This document shows, one piece after another, positions 1-8,800 of a DNA stretch of 12,474 nt. Origin of the DNA: a virus (Duplodnaviria > Heunggongvirae > Uroviricota > Caudoviricetes); IMG/VR virus record IMGVR_UViG_2671180651_000010; one strand, given 5' to 3'. The notes under the pieces are model-generated. The model saw nothing but the letters and a program-made list of their open reading frames with translations. It was not told where the DNA came from and did not search any database. Within the stretch, counting starts at the first letter, position 1. Each line of letters starts with the position of its first letter. Position numbers and translations under genes: made by a program.

Positions 1-73
1 AGTCTCCAGGATTTCCGGGGCGGTTCATTAGTGAATGCTTTTGCTTGATCTCAGTTTCAGTATTAATATCCAT
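1..73 (-). CDS. 5' end of a gam-like gene (partial, runs off the window). First 15 codons read MDINTETEIKQKHSL as in the long form of lambda Gam, then diverge from what I recall of lambda.
   Basis: ATG at 71-73 (minus strand) inside the kil 3' end, as in lambda; N-terminal peptide matches remembered lambda Gam, later residues (MNRPGNPGD) do not. Confidence 0.45.
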   Translation of the reverse strand, partial: MDINTETEIKQKHSLMNRPGNPGD

Positions 74-171
74 TTTTTATAAGCGTCGACGGCCTCACGA
101 AACATCTTTTCATCGCCAATAAAAGTGGCGATAGTGAATTTAGTCTGGATAGCCATAATTGTTTGATCCAT
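28..171 (-). CDS. kil: Kil (host cell division inhibitor), 47 aa
   Basis: Translation MDQTIMAIQTKFTIATFIGDEKMFREAVDAYKKWILILKLRSSKSIH matches remembered lambda Kil; start overlaps the cIII 3' end as in lambda. Confidence 0.85.
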   Translation of the reverse strand: MDQTIMAIQTKFTIATFIGDEKMFREAVDAYKKWILILKLRSSKSIH

Positions 172-304
172 TTTTTGGGACTCCTGGCTGATTAAGTATG
201 TCGATAAGGCGTTTCCATCCGTCACGTAATTTACGGGTGATTCGTTCAAGTAAAGATTCGGAAGGGCAGCCAGCAACAGGCCACCCTGCAATGGCATATT
301 GCAT
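140..304 (-). CDS. cIII: CIII (FtsH inhibitor that stabilises CII), 54 aa
   Basis: Minus-strand translation from ATG at 302-304: MQYAIAGWPVAGCPSESLLERITRKLRDGWKRLIDILNQPGVPKNGSNNYGYPD, essentially lambda CIII. Confidence 0.9.
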   Translation of the reverse strand: MQYAIAGWPVAGCPSESLLERITRKLRDGWKRLIDILNQPGVPKNGSNNYGYPD

Positions 305-376
305 GGTGTGCTCCTTATTTATACATAACGAAAAACGCCTCGAGTGAAGCGTAATTGGTATGCGGTAACGCCGCGC

Positions 377-481
377 TCAGGCGGCCTTGATAGTCATATC
401 ATCTGAATCAAATATTCCTGATGTATCGATATCGGTAATTCTTATTCCTTCACTACCATCCATTGGAGGCCATCCTTCCTG
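377..481 (-). CDS. C-terminal part of an ORF in the lambda ea10 position, interrupted by the N gap. Readable part: QEGWPPMDGSEGIRITDIDTSGIFDSDDMTIKAA.
   Basis: Open frame ending at stop 377-379; the stop falls where lambda ea10 ends relative to cIII by my recollection of lambda coordinates. A candidate start (ATG 554-556, in frame only if the gap is exactly 40 nt, or ATG 546-548 with a GAGGA RBS) lies right of the gap. Confidence 0.4.
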   Translation of the reverse strand, partial: QEGWPPMDGSEGIRITDIDTSGIFDSDDMTIKAA

Positions 482-521
482 NNNNNNNNNNNNNNNNNNN
501 NNNNNNNNNNNNNNNNNNNNN
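482..521. other. Run of 40 N (assembly gap or masked bases); true length unknown
   Basis: Literal N characters in the sequence. Confidence 0.97.
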
Positions 522-565
522 AATGATGTATTTTTTGATGTTTGACATCTGTTCATATCCTCACA

Positions 566-593
566 GATAAAAAATCGCCCTCATCTTGGAGGG
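566..593 (-). terminator. Intrinsic-terminator-like hairpin on the minus strand (GCCCTC / GAGGGC stem followed by a U-run)
   Basis: Minus strand reads GCCCTCcaagatGAGGGCgattttttat; 6-bp GC-rich stem, 6-nt loop, T6 run. Confidence 0.5.
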
Positions 594-712
594 CAAAGAA
601 GATTTCCAATAATCAGAACAAGTCGGCTCCTGTTTAGTTACGAGCGACATTGCTCCGTGTATTCACTCGTTGGAATGAATACACAGCGCTGTGTTTATTC
701 TGTTGTTTGCGT

Positions 713-736
713 GAAAATGAAATCCGCCTGAGCGGG
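713..736 (-). terminator. Small hairpin plus U-rich tract immediately 3' of the 290-aa gene (minus strand)
   Basis: Minus strand CCCGCtcagGCGG followed by atttcattttc; weak stem, so only a tentative terminator. Confidence 0.3.
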
Positions 737-1606
737 TTATGACCACTTTTTGTTTGGGTTTCGTTGGTGAGCGTGGTTTACAGGATTATTTGATATACCC
801 CATAACTCTGACTCGCTTATCTCTACACGAGAGAAAGACCTGCTTTCTTTCAGTTCTTTTATAAACCTAGAACCTAAGATGACATCTATTGTACCAGAAA
901 GTTCTTGTAAAAGATCTATGTTTTTTCTGAGGAAGAAAATATCTTCTTTATATTTAATTTTTACATAGAATTTATTCTGTATTTTTAATATATCAAAGCA
1001 TGGCAGATATCTATATCCCTCATATTTTCGCCACTGCTTAACAATTATAACATCTTTTTCATTTACTGCATTAATCAGCCCAAGACCAAGTACAGGTATG
1101 AATATTCTATTGTCTGCCGAAAGCGTACAATTATCACCACCAGGCAAATATGTATAAATCATGTCGGAATTTTTATACGCATCAACGAATGCACGTAAGA
1201 AGCGTACATATTTTTGCCATCCGTTTATACCGAATTTACCATATAAGTATTCTTTATTTGTTAGAAGAAAACTATTTGTATCAGGATCCTTATCTACAGA
1301 CCTGTCGATAAGATCTCCAACTACGTTTACAAAGTCAAAGACAGAGTTTAATAAGAACAATTGTCTTTCAGTAGGGCGAATTTCAATTATGTAGCCAGGA
1401 TGAAGACGATATTGCATCTGCTTACGAAGTATACCGAACGCTTGGGTCCGAGCATCTGAAAGCAACTTCTTGTCGCCATCGCCGTGAGCATTGTTTCTAA
1501 TAAAACTGATATAATTTGCTAATTTTTCAGCCTCTTTTTTGTGTTTTTTTCGCTCTGATGCTGAGTCTATTGGTTTTGGTATGGACTTGTAATCAATCTT
1601 CTTCAT
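737..1606 (-). CDS. Hypothetical protein, 289 aa (293 aa if the upstream ATG at 1616-1618 is used). AT-rich gene in the slot occupied by sieB/ral in lambda; function unknown.
   Basis: Long uninterrupted ORF; GAGG RBS 6 nt before the ATG at 1604-1606; the alternative ATG overlaps the N stop (ATGA). Visibly lower GC than flanking lambda-like DNA. No TM segments and no motif I can assign. Confidence 0.6.
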   Translation of the reverse strand: MKKIDYKSIPKPIDSASERKKHKKEAEKLANYISFIRNNAHGDGDKKLLSDARTQAFGILRKQMQYRLHPGYIIEIRPTERQLFLLNSVFDFVNVVGDLIDRSVDKDPDTNSFLLTNKEYLYGKFGINGWQKYVRFLRAFVDAYKNSDMIYTYLPGGDNCTLSADNRIFIPVLGLGLINAVNEKDVIIVKQWRKYEGYRYLPCFDILKIQNKFYVKIKYKEDIFFLRKNIDLLQELSGTIDVILGSRFIKELKESRSFSRVEISESELWGISNNPVNHAHQRNPNKKWS

Positions 1607-1614
1607 TACGTACC

Positions 1615-1938
1615 TCATGCCAATGGAATGGATTCCCCTTTAACCTTTTGTCTTCCTTGACAAGTTATACCGAACTCACCTGGCTTGCTATACCAAACTC
1701 GATGATTCTTGCGCTCAATACGTTGCAGGTTGCTTTCAATCTGTTCGTGGTATTCAGCCAGCACCGTAAGGTCTATCGGATTCAGTGCGCTTTCTACTCG
1801 TGATTTCGGTTTGCGATTCAGCGAGAGAATAGGGCGGTTAACTGGTTTAGCGCTTACCCCAACCAACAGGGGATTTGCTGCTTTCCATTGAGCCTGTTTC
1901 TCTGCGCGACGTTCGCGGCGGCGTGTTTGTGCATCCAT
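1615..1938 (-). CDS. N: N antiterminator, 107 aa
   Basis: Translation begins MDAQTRRRERRAEKQAQWKAANPLLVGVSAKPVNRPILSLNRKPKSRVESALNPIDLTVLAEYH..., matching lambda N; nutL lies upstream on the same strand. Confidence 0.92.
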   Translation of the reverse strand: MDAQTRRRERRAEKQAQWKAANPLLVGVSAKPVNRPILSLNRKPKSRVESALNPIDLTVLAEYHEQIESNLQRIERKNHRVWYSKPGEFGITCQGRQKVKGESIPLA

Positions 1939-2095
1939 CTGGATTCTCCTGTCAGTTAGCTTTGGTTGTGTGTGGGAGTCGTAGTCCTGAACGAAAACAC
2001 CCCGCAATGGCACATTGGCAGCTAATCCGGATTCGCACTTCCGGCCAATGCTTCGTTTCGTATCACACACACCAAAGCCTTCTGCTTTGAATGCT

Positions 2096-2126
2096 GCCCT
2101 TCTTCAGGGCTTAATTTTTAAGAGCC
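2096..2126 (-). promoter_or_regulatory. nutL (boxA-like GGCTCTTAA and boxB GCCCTGAAGAAGGGC)
   Basis: Minus strand reads GCTCTTAAAAATTAAGCCCTGAAGAAGGGCAGC; boxB hairpin is identical to lambda nutL boxB, boxA differs by one base from the CGCTCTTAA I recall. Confidence 0.8.
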
Positions 2127-2171
2127 TCACCTTCAATGGTGGTCAGTGCGTCCTGCTGATGGCTTAAAATT

Positions 2172-2239
2172 ACAAGGAAGATTGTATGTTGTAAACAAGA
2201 AATATTGTAAAAAAGGGCGTGAAAAACAAACTCCATTGT
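2172..2239 (-). promoter_or_regulatory. Phage 434-type left operator and pL: three 14-bp operators ACAAGGAAGATTGT (2172-2185), ACAAGAAATATTGT (2195-2208), ACAAACTCCATTGT (2226-2239)
   Basis: Three ACAA-N6-TTGT sites spaced about 20-30 bp apart between N and the immunity genes; candidate pL hexamers TTTACA-17-TAATTT on the minus strand overlap the first two. Confidence 0.8.
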
Positions 2240-2289
2240 TTTTAAACGGAAAATAGTTTGTTTTTTTGTTATCGAGATTGAGGTGGGGA

Positions 2290-3642
<1,353 letters not shown>

Positions 3643-3650
3643 GACATTCC

Positions 3651-3682
3651 CGCTCTTACACATCCCAGCCCTGAAAAAGGGC
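3651..3682 (+). promoter_or_regulatory. nutR (boxA CGCTCTTAC 3651-3659, boxB GCCCTGAAAAAGGGC 3668-3682)
   Basis: Exact lambda nutR boxA and boxB hairpin just downstream of cro. Confidence 0.85.
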
Positions 3683-3744
3683 ATCAAAATAAACCACACC
3701 TATGGTGTATGCATTTATTTGCATACATTCAATCAATTGTTATC

Positions 3745-3784
3745 TAAGGAAATACTTACATATGGTTCGTGCAAACAAACGCAA
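3745..3784 (-). promoter_or_regulatory. pRE with CII-binding TTGC-N6-TTGC repeat, reading leftward through cro toward cI
   Basis: Minus strand TTGCGTTTGTTTGC at 3771-3784 overlapping the cII start codon region, as in lambda. Confidence 0.6.
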
Positions 3785-4055
3785 CGAGGCTCTACGAATC
3801 GAGAGTGCGTTGCTTAACAAAATCGCAATGCTTGGAACTGAGAAGACAGCGGAAGCTGTGGGAGTTGATAAGTCGCAGATCAGCAGGTGGAAGAGGGATT
3901 GGATTCCAAAGTTCTCAATGCTGCTTGCTGTTCTTGAATGGGGTGTCGTCGACGACGACATGGCTCGATTGGCACGACAAGTTGCTTCGATTCTCACCAA
4001 TAAAAAACGCCCGGCGGCAACCGAGCGTTCTGAACAAATCCAGATGGAATTCTGA
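3762..4055 (+). CDS. cII: CII transcriptional activator, 97 aa
   Basis: MVRANKRNEALRIESALLNKIAMLGTEKTAEAVGVDKSQISRWKRDWIPKFSMLLAVLEWGVVDDDMARLARQVASILTNKKRPAATERSEQIQMEF matches lambda CII. Confidence 0.93.
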   Translation: MVRANKRNEALRIESALLNKIAMLGTEKTAEAVGVDKSQISRWKRDWIPKFSMLLAVLEWGVVDDDMARLARQVASILTNKKRPAATERSEQIQMEF

Positions 4056-4077
4056 GGTTATTACTGGAACTATCAAC
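4001..4077 (-). ncRNA. oop: OOP antisense RNA (overlaps the cII 3' end) with its terminator hairpin and U-run
   Basis: Minus strand CGCTCGGttgccgCCGGGCGtttttt at about 4002-4027; position relative to cII and O matches the lambda oop coordinates as I recall them. Confidence 0.55.
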
Positions 4078-4087
4078 AGGAGTCATT

Positions 4088-4987
4088 ATGACAAATACAG
4101 CAAAAATACTCAACTTCGGCAGAGGTAACTTTGCCGGACAGGAGCGTAATGTGGCAGATCTCGATGATGGTTACGCCAGACTATCAAATATGCTGCTTGA
4201 GGCTTATTCAGGCGCAGATCTGACCAAGCGACAGTTTAAAGTGCTGCTTGCCATTCTGCGTAAAACCTATGGGTGGAATAAACCAATGGACAGAATCACC
4301 GATTCTCAACTTAGCGAGATTACAAAGTTACCTGTCAAACGGTGCAATGAAGCCAAGTTAGAACTCGTCAGAATGAATATTATCAAGCAGCAAGGCGGCA
4401 TGTTTGGACCAAATAAAAACATCTCAGAATGGTGTATCCCTCAAAACGAGGGAAAATCCCCTAAAACGAGGGATAAAACATCCCTCAAATTGGGGGATTG
4501 CTATCCCTCAAAACAGGGGAACACAAAAGACACTAATACAAAAGAAAATAGAAAAGATTATTCGTCAGAGAATTCTGGCGAATCCTCTGACCAGCCAGAA
4601 AACGACCTTTCTGTGGTGAAACCTGATGCTGCAATTCAGAGCGGCAGCAAATGGGGGACAGCAGAAGACCTGACCGCCGCAGAGTGGATGTTTGACATGG
4701 TGAAGACTATCGCGCCATCAGCCAGAAAACCGAATTTTGCAGGGTGGGCTAACGATATCCGCCTGATGCGTGAACGTGACGGACGTAACCACCGCGATAT
4801 GTGTGTGCTGTTCCGCTGGGCCTGCCAGGACAACTTCTGGTCCGGTAATGTGCTGAGCCCGGCCAAACTCCGCGACAAGTGGACCCAGCTCGAAATCAAC
4901 CGTAACAAGCAACAGGCAGTCGTGACAGCCAGTAAACCAAAACTCGACCTGACAAACACAGACTGGATTTACGGGGTGGATTTATGA
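4088..4987 (+). CDS. O: Replication initiator O, 299 aa
   Basis: Full-length match to remembered lambda O protein (MTNTAKILNFGRGNFAGQERNVADLDDGYARLS...); contains the ori iterons. Confidence 0.95.
   Translation: MTNTAKILNFGRGNFAGQERNVADLDDGYARLSNMLLEAYSGADLTKRQFKVLLAILRKTYGWNKPMDRITDSQLSEITKLPVKRCNEAKLELVRMNIIKQQGGMFGPNKNISEWCIPQNEGKSPKTRDKTSLKLGDCYPSKQGNTKDTNTKENRKDYSSENSGESSDQPENDLSVVKPDAAIQSGSKWGTAEDLTAAEWMFDMVKTIAPSARKPNFAGWANDIRLMRERDGRNHRDMCVLFRWACQDNFWSGNVLSPAKLRDKWTQLEINRNKQQAVVTASKPKLDLTNTDWIYGVDL
4436..4570. other. ori-lambda: four iterons (ATCCCTCAAAACGAGGGA-type, about 4437-4522) followed by an AT-rich unwinding region
   Basis: Four direct repeats each containing an inverted TCCCTC...GAGGGA core, then an A/T-rich stretch 4523-4570, inside the O gene. 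Confidence 0.85.
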
Positions 4988-5685
4988 AAAACATCGCCGC
5001 ACAGATGGTTAACTTTGACCGTGAGCAGATGCGTCGGATCGCCAACAACATGCCGGAACAGTACGACGAAAAGCCTCAGGTACAGCAGGTAGCGCAGATC
5101 ATCAACGGTGTGTTCAGCCAGTTACTGGCAACTTTCCCGGCGAGCCTGGCTAACCGTGACCAGAACGAACTGAACGAAATCCGCCGCCAGTGGGTTCTGG
5201 CTTTCCGGGAAAACGGGATCACCACAATGGAACAGGTTAACGCAGGAATGCGCGTAGCCCGTCGGCAGAATCGACCATTTCTGCCATCACCCGGGCAGTT
5301 TGTTGCATGGTGCCGGGAAGAAGCATCCGTTATCGCCGGACTGCCAAACGTCAGCGAGCTGGTTGATATGGTTTACGAGTATTGCCGGAAGCGAGGCCTG
5401 TATCCGGATGCGGAGTCTTATCCGTGGAAATCAAACGCGCACTACTGGCTGGTTACCAACCTGTATCAGAACATGCGGGCCAATGCGCTTACTGATGCGG
5501 AATTACGGCGCAAGGCTGCCGATGAACTGTCCTGTATGACCGCACGAATTAACCGTGGTGAGGCTATACCTGAACCAGTAAAACAACTTCCTGTCATGGG
5601 CGGTAGACCTCTAAATCGTGCACAGGCTCTGGCGAAGATCGCAGAAATCAAAGCTAAGTTTGGGCTGAAAGGAGCAAGTGTATGA
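4984..5685 (+). CDS. P: Replication protein P (DnaB helicase loader), 233 aa
   Basis: Matches remembered lambda P; ATG overlaps the O stop (ATGA). Confidence 0.95.
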   Translation: MKNIAAQMVNFDREQMRRIANNMPEQYDEKPQVQQVAQIINGVFSQLLATFPASLANRDQNELNEIRRQWVLAFRENGITTMEQVNAGMRVARRQNRPFLPSPGQFVAWCREEASVIAGLPNVSELVDMVYEYCRKRGLYPDAESYPWKSNAHYWLVTNLYQNMRANALTDAELRRKAADELSCMTARINRGEAIPEPVKQLPVMGGRPLNRAQALAKIAEIKAKFGLKGASV

Positions 5686-5972
5686 CGGGCAAAGAGGCAA
5701 TTATTCATTACCTGGGGACGCATAATAGCTTCTGTGCGCCGGACGTTGCCGCGTTAACAGGCGCAACAGTAACCAGCATAAATCAGGCCGCGGCTAAAAT
5801 GGCACGGGCAGGTCTTCTGGTTATCGAAGGTAAGGTCTGGCGAACGGTGTATTACCGGTTCGCTACTAGGGAAGAACGGGAAGGAAAGATGAGCACGAAC
5901 CTGATTTTTAAGGAGTGTCGCCAGAGTGCCGCGATGAAACGGGTATTGGCGGTATATGGAGTTAAAAGATGA
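5682..5972 (+). CDS. ren: Ren, 96 aa
   Basis: Matches remembered lambda Ren; ATG overlaps the P stop. Confidence 0.9.
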   Translation: MTGKEAIIHYLGTHNSFCAPDVAALTGATVTSINQAAAKMARAGLLVIEGKVWRTVYYRFATREEREGKMSTNLIFKECRQSAAMKRVLAVYGVKR

Positions 5973-5996
5973 CCATCTACATCACTGAGCTAATAA

Positions 5997-6029
5997 CAGG
6001 CCTGCTGGTAATCGCAGGCCTTTTTATTT
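5997..6029 (+). terminator. tR2-like intrinsic terminator
   Basis: CAGGCCTGC tggtaat CGCAGGCC stem-loop followed by TTTTTATTT, between ren and ninB. Confidence 0.7.
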
Positions 6030-6045
6030 GGGGGAGAGGGAAGTC

Positions 6046-6486
6046 ATGAAAAAACTAACCTTTGAAATTCGATCTCCAGCACATCAGCAAAACGCTATTC
6101 ACGCAGTACAGCAAATCCTTCCAGACCCAACCAAACCAATCGTAGTAACCATTCAGGAACGCAACCGCAGCTTAGACCAAAACAGGAAGCTATGGGCCTG
6201 CTTAGGTGACGTCTCTCGTCAGGTTGAATGGCATGGTCGCTGGCTGGATGCAGAAAGCTGGAAGTGTGTGTTTACCGCAGCATTAAAGCAGCAGGATGTT
6301 GTTCCTAACCTTGCCGGGAATGGCTTTGTGGTAATAGGCCAGCCAACCAGCAGGATGCGTGTAAGCGAATTTGCGGAGCTATTAGAGCTTATACAGGCAT
6401 TCGGTACAGAGCGTGGCGTTAAGTGGTCAGACGAAGCGCGACTGGCTCTCGAATGGAAAGCGCGATGGGGAGATCGGGCTGCATGA
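6046..6486 (+). CDS. ninB: NinB (Orf recombination mediator), 146 aa
   Basis: MKKLTFEIRSPAHQQNAIHAVQQILPDPTKPIVVTIQERNRSLDQNRKLWACLGD... matches lambda NinB; GAGGGAAG RBS upstream. Confidence 0.9.
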   Translation: MKKLTFEIRSPAHQQNAIHAVQQILPDPTKPIVVTIQERNRSLDQNRKLWACLGDVSRQVEWHGRWLDAESWKCVFTAALKQQDVVPNLAGNGFVVIGQPTSRMRVSEFAELLELIQAFGTERGVKWSDEARLALEWKARWGDRAA

Positions 6487-7010
6487 CTATCAAATCAAAT
6501 ACGCCAGCACACGACAAGGACTGCTGGCAAACGCCGCTTTGGCTTTTTGATGCACTGGATATTGAGTTTGGATTCTGGCTGGATTCGGCAGCGAGCGACA
6601 AAAACGCTCTGTGCGCTCACTGGCTAACTGAGGCTGACGACGCGCTAAATTCTGAGTGGATAAGCCACGGTGCAATCTGGAATAACCCACCGTACAGCAA
6701 TATCAGGCCGTGGGTGGAAAAAGCCGCTGAGCAGTGCATACAACAGCGACAGACGGTAGTGATGCTTGTGCCAGAGGATATGTCTGTCGGATGGTTCAGC
6801 AAGGCTCTGGAGAGTGTTGACGAAGTTCGTATTATCACTGATGGACGGATTAATTTTATCGAACCATCGACAGGGCTGGAGAAGAAGGGAAACAGCAAAG
6901 GCTCCATGCTGCTGATTTGGCGACCGTTCATTAGTCCTCGACGGATGTTTACTATCGTATCCAAAGCGGCATTGATGGCGATCGGGCAGGGCGTCAGGAG
7001 GGCGACATGA
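6483..7010 (+). CDS. Phage Dam-type DNA N6-adenine methyltransferase, 175 aa, with NPPY catalytic motif; no restriction partner visible nearby
   Basis: NPPY at residues 68-71 (nt 6684-6695) in WNNPPYSN; size and layout typical of small phage Dam-like MTases; ATG overlaps the ninB stop and its stop overlaps the ninE start. Occupies the place of lambda ninC/ninD. Confidence 0.7.
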   Translation: MTIKSNTPAHDKDCWQTPLWLFDALDIEFGFWLDSAASDKNALCAHWLTEADDALNSEWISHGAIWNNPPYSNIRPWVEKAAEQCIQQRQTVVMLVPEDMSVGWFSKALESVDEVRIITDGRINFIEPSTGLEKKGNSKGSMLLIWRPFISPRRMFTIVSKAALMAIGQGVRRAT

Positions 7011-7189
7011 GGCGACAACGACGAAGTTTCACCGACATCATCTGCGAAAACTGCAAATACCTTCCAACGAAACGCTCCAGAAATAAACGCAAGCCAATCC
7101 CAAAAGAATCTGACGTAAAAACCTTCAACTACACGGCTCACCTGTGGGATATCCGGTGGCTAAGACATCGTGCGAGGAATACAAGGTGA
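7007..7189 (+). CDS. ninE: NinE, 60 aa
   Basis: [60 protein letters not shown]; length and sequence fit lambda NinE as I recall it. Confidence 0.7.
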   Translation: MRRQRRSFTDIICENCKYLPTKRSRNKRKPIPKESDVKTFNYTAHLWDIRWLRHRARNTR

Positions 7190-7356
7190 TTGACCCAAAT
7201 CGAAGTTACGAACAAGAAAGCGTCGAGCGGGCTTTAACGTGCGCTAATTGCGGTCAGAAGCTGCATGTGCTGGAAGTTCACGTGTGTGAGCACTGCTGTG
7301 CAGAGCTGATGAGCGATTCGAATAGCTCGATGCACGAGGAAGAAGATGATGGCTAA
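7186..7356 (+). CDS. ninF: NinF, 56 aa, GTG start overlapping the ninE stop
   Basis: GTGA overlap at 7186-7189; GAGGA RBS about 9 nt upstream; product [38 protein letters not shown]... contains a Cys4 cluster; 171 nt as in lambda ninF. Confidence 0.65.
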   Translation: MIDPNRSYEQESVERALTCANCGQKLHVLEVHVCEHCCAELMSDSNSSMHEEEDDG

Positions 7357-7960
7357 ACCAGCGCGAAGACGATGTAAAAACGATGAATGTCGGGAATGGT
7401 TTCACCCTGCATTCGCTAATCAGTGGTGGTGCTCTCCAGAGTGTGGAACCAAGATAGCACTCGAACGACGAAGTAAAGAACGCGAAAAAGCGGAAAAAGC
7501 AGCAGAGAAGAAACGACGACGAGAGGAGCAGAAACAGAAAGATAAACTTAAGATTCGAAAACTCGCCTTAAAGCCCCGCAGTTACTGGATTAAACAAGCC
7601 CAACAAGCCGTAAACGCCTTCATCAGAGAAAGAGACCGCGACTTACCATGTATCTCGTGCGGAACGCTCACGTCTGCTCAGTGGGATGCCGGACATTACC
7701 GGACAACTGCTGCGGCACCTCAACTCCGATTTGATGAACGCAATATTCACAAGCAATGCGTGGTGTGCAACCAGCACAAAAGCGGAAATCTCGTTCCGTA
7801 TCGCGTCGAACTGATTAGCCGCATCGGGCAGGAAGCAGTAGACGAAATCGAATCAAACCATAACCGCCATCGCTGGACTGTCGAAGAGTGCAAGGCGATC
7901 AAGGCAGAGTACCAACAGAAACTCAAAGACCTGCGAAACAGCAGAAGTGAGGCTGCATGA
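7346..7960 (+). CDS. ninG: NinG / Rap recombination endonuclease, 204 aa
   Basis: [34 protein letters not shown]... with two Cys clusters; matches lambda NinG. Confidence 0.88.
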   Translation: MMAKPARRRCKNDECREWFHPAFANQWWCSPECGTKIALERRSKEREKAEKAAEKKRRREEQKQKDKLKIRKLALKPRSYWIKQAQQAVNAFIRERDRDLPCISCGTLTSAQWDAGHYRTTAAAPQLRFDERNIHKQCVVCNQHKSGNLVPYRVELISRIGQEAVDEIESNHNRHRWTVEECKAIKAEYQQKLKDLRNSRSEAA

Positions 7961-8622
7961 ATATCTACGAAAGAATTGATGGCAGCAAATACCGAAATAT
8001 TTGGGTAGCTGGCGACCTGCACGGATGCTACACGAACCTGATGAACAAACTGGATACGATTGGATTCGACACCAAAAAAGACCTGCTCATCTCGGTTGGC
8101 GATTTGGTTGATCGCGGTACAGAGAACGTCGAATGTCTGGAATTAATCACATTCCCCTGGTTCAGAGCTGTGCGTGGAAACCATGAGCAAATGATGATTG
8201 ATGGCTTATCAGAGCGTGGAAACGTTAATCACTGGCTGCTTAATGGCGGTGGCTGGTTCTTTAATCTCGATTACGACAAAGAGACTCTGGCTAAAGTTCT
8301 TGCCCATAAAGCAGAAGAACTTCCGTTAATCATCGAACTGGTGAGCAAAGATAAAAAATATGTCATTTGCCACGCCGATTATCCTTGTGATAAATACGAG
8401 TTTGGAAAGCCAGTTGATCATCAGCAGGTAATCTGGAACCGCGAACGAATCAGCAACTCACAAGACGGGATCGTGAAAGAAATCAAAGGCGCGGACACGT
8501 TCATCTTTGGTCATACGCCAGCAGTGAAACCACTCAAATTTGCCAACCAGATGTATATCGATACTGGCGCAGTGTTCTGCGGAAACCTCACATTGATTCA
8601 GGTACAGGGAGAAGGCGCATGA
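7957..8622 (+). CDS. ninI: NinI / orf221 serine-threonine protein phosphatase, 221 aa
   Basis: Metallophosphoesterase motifs GDLHG, GDLVDRG, GNHE; matches remembered lambda phosphatase; ATG overlaps the ninG stop. Confidence 0.9.
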   Translation: MNIYERIDGSKYRNIWVAGDLHGCYTNLMNKLDTIGFDTKKDLLISVGDLVDRGTENVECLELITFPWFRAVRGNHEQMMIDGLSERGNVNHWLLNGGGWFFNLDYDKETLAKVLAHKAEELPLIIELVSKDKKYVICHADYPCDKYEFGKPVDHQQVIWNRERISNSQDGIVKEIKGADTFIFGHTPAVKPLKFANQMYIDTGAVFCGNLTLIQVQGEGA

Positions 8623-8708
8623 GACTCGAAAGCGTAGCTAAATTTCATTCGCCAAAAAGCCCGATGATGAGCGACTCACTACTGGCCACAGTTTATTGGT
8701 TTTCGTAA
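8619..8708 (+). pseudogene. Q: Truncated late antiterminator Q: about 20 lambda-like codons ([20 protein letters not shown]), then divergent sequence and a stop
   Basis: ATG overlaps the ninI stop as in lambda; N-terminus matches lambda Q, then the frame ends after 29 codons (…LLATVYWFS stop) where AT-rich foreign DNA begins. Confidence 0.7.
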
Positions 8709-8750
8709 CTGAGTCATTTTATTATTTTATTGCAACTTTTAATCTTTTAT

Positions 8751-8800
8751 AGTGCGAAATAAATGGAGCTGGCATTCATTTCGCACTTTATGTTTTTGTT
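8751..8800 (+). terminator. Perfect 10-bp inverted repeat (AGTGCGAAAT / ATTTCGCACT, 17-nt loop) followed by a T-rich tract; terminator-like or junction-associated
   Basis: Seen directly in the sequence just past the Q remnant. Confidence 0.4.

Noticed and set aside
28..297. 89-aa minus-strand ORF spanning kil plus upstream sequence
   Set aside because: It is an upstream in-frame extension of kil; the real genes are kil (28-171) and cIII (140-304, different frame).
821..837. 16-nt near-repeat CTCTACACGAGAGAAA (821-836) versus CTCTACACGGGAGAAA (12408-12423)
   Set aside because: One mismatch in 16 nt is about what chance gives once in 12.5 kb on two strands; the first copy is inside a coding region, so I do not treat it as a repeat element.
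1615..2070. 151-aa extension of N, and the similar upstream extensions of cro (3295-3642), cII (3702-4055), ninB (6028-6486), the Dam gene (6423-7010) and the secreted protein (2290-2766)
   Set aside because: The known N-termini and RBS positions place the true starts at internal ATGs; the extensions run through operators, nut sites or the preceding gene.
1161..2090. Plus-strand ORFs 1161-1394, 1516-1803, 1709-1891 and 1875-2090 in the six-frame track
   Set aside because: They lie antisense to the 290-aa gene and to N or its leader, have no RBS and give low-complexity products; they are shadow ORFs.
4404..5723. ORFs 4404-4619, 4636-4959, 4718-4912, 5300-5539 and 5466-5723
   Set aside because: Embedded in or antisense to O and P; 4404-4619 is just the ori iterons translated in another frame.
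6419..8022. Minus-strand ORFs 6419-6601, 6490-6690, 6617-7141 and 7747-8022
   Set aside because: Antisense to the tightly coupled ninB-MTase-ninE-ninG-ninI operon; no start signals.
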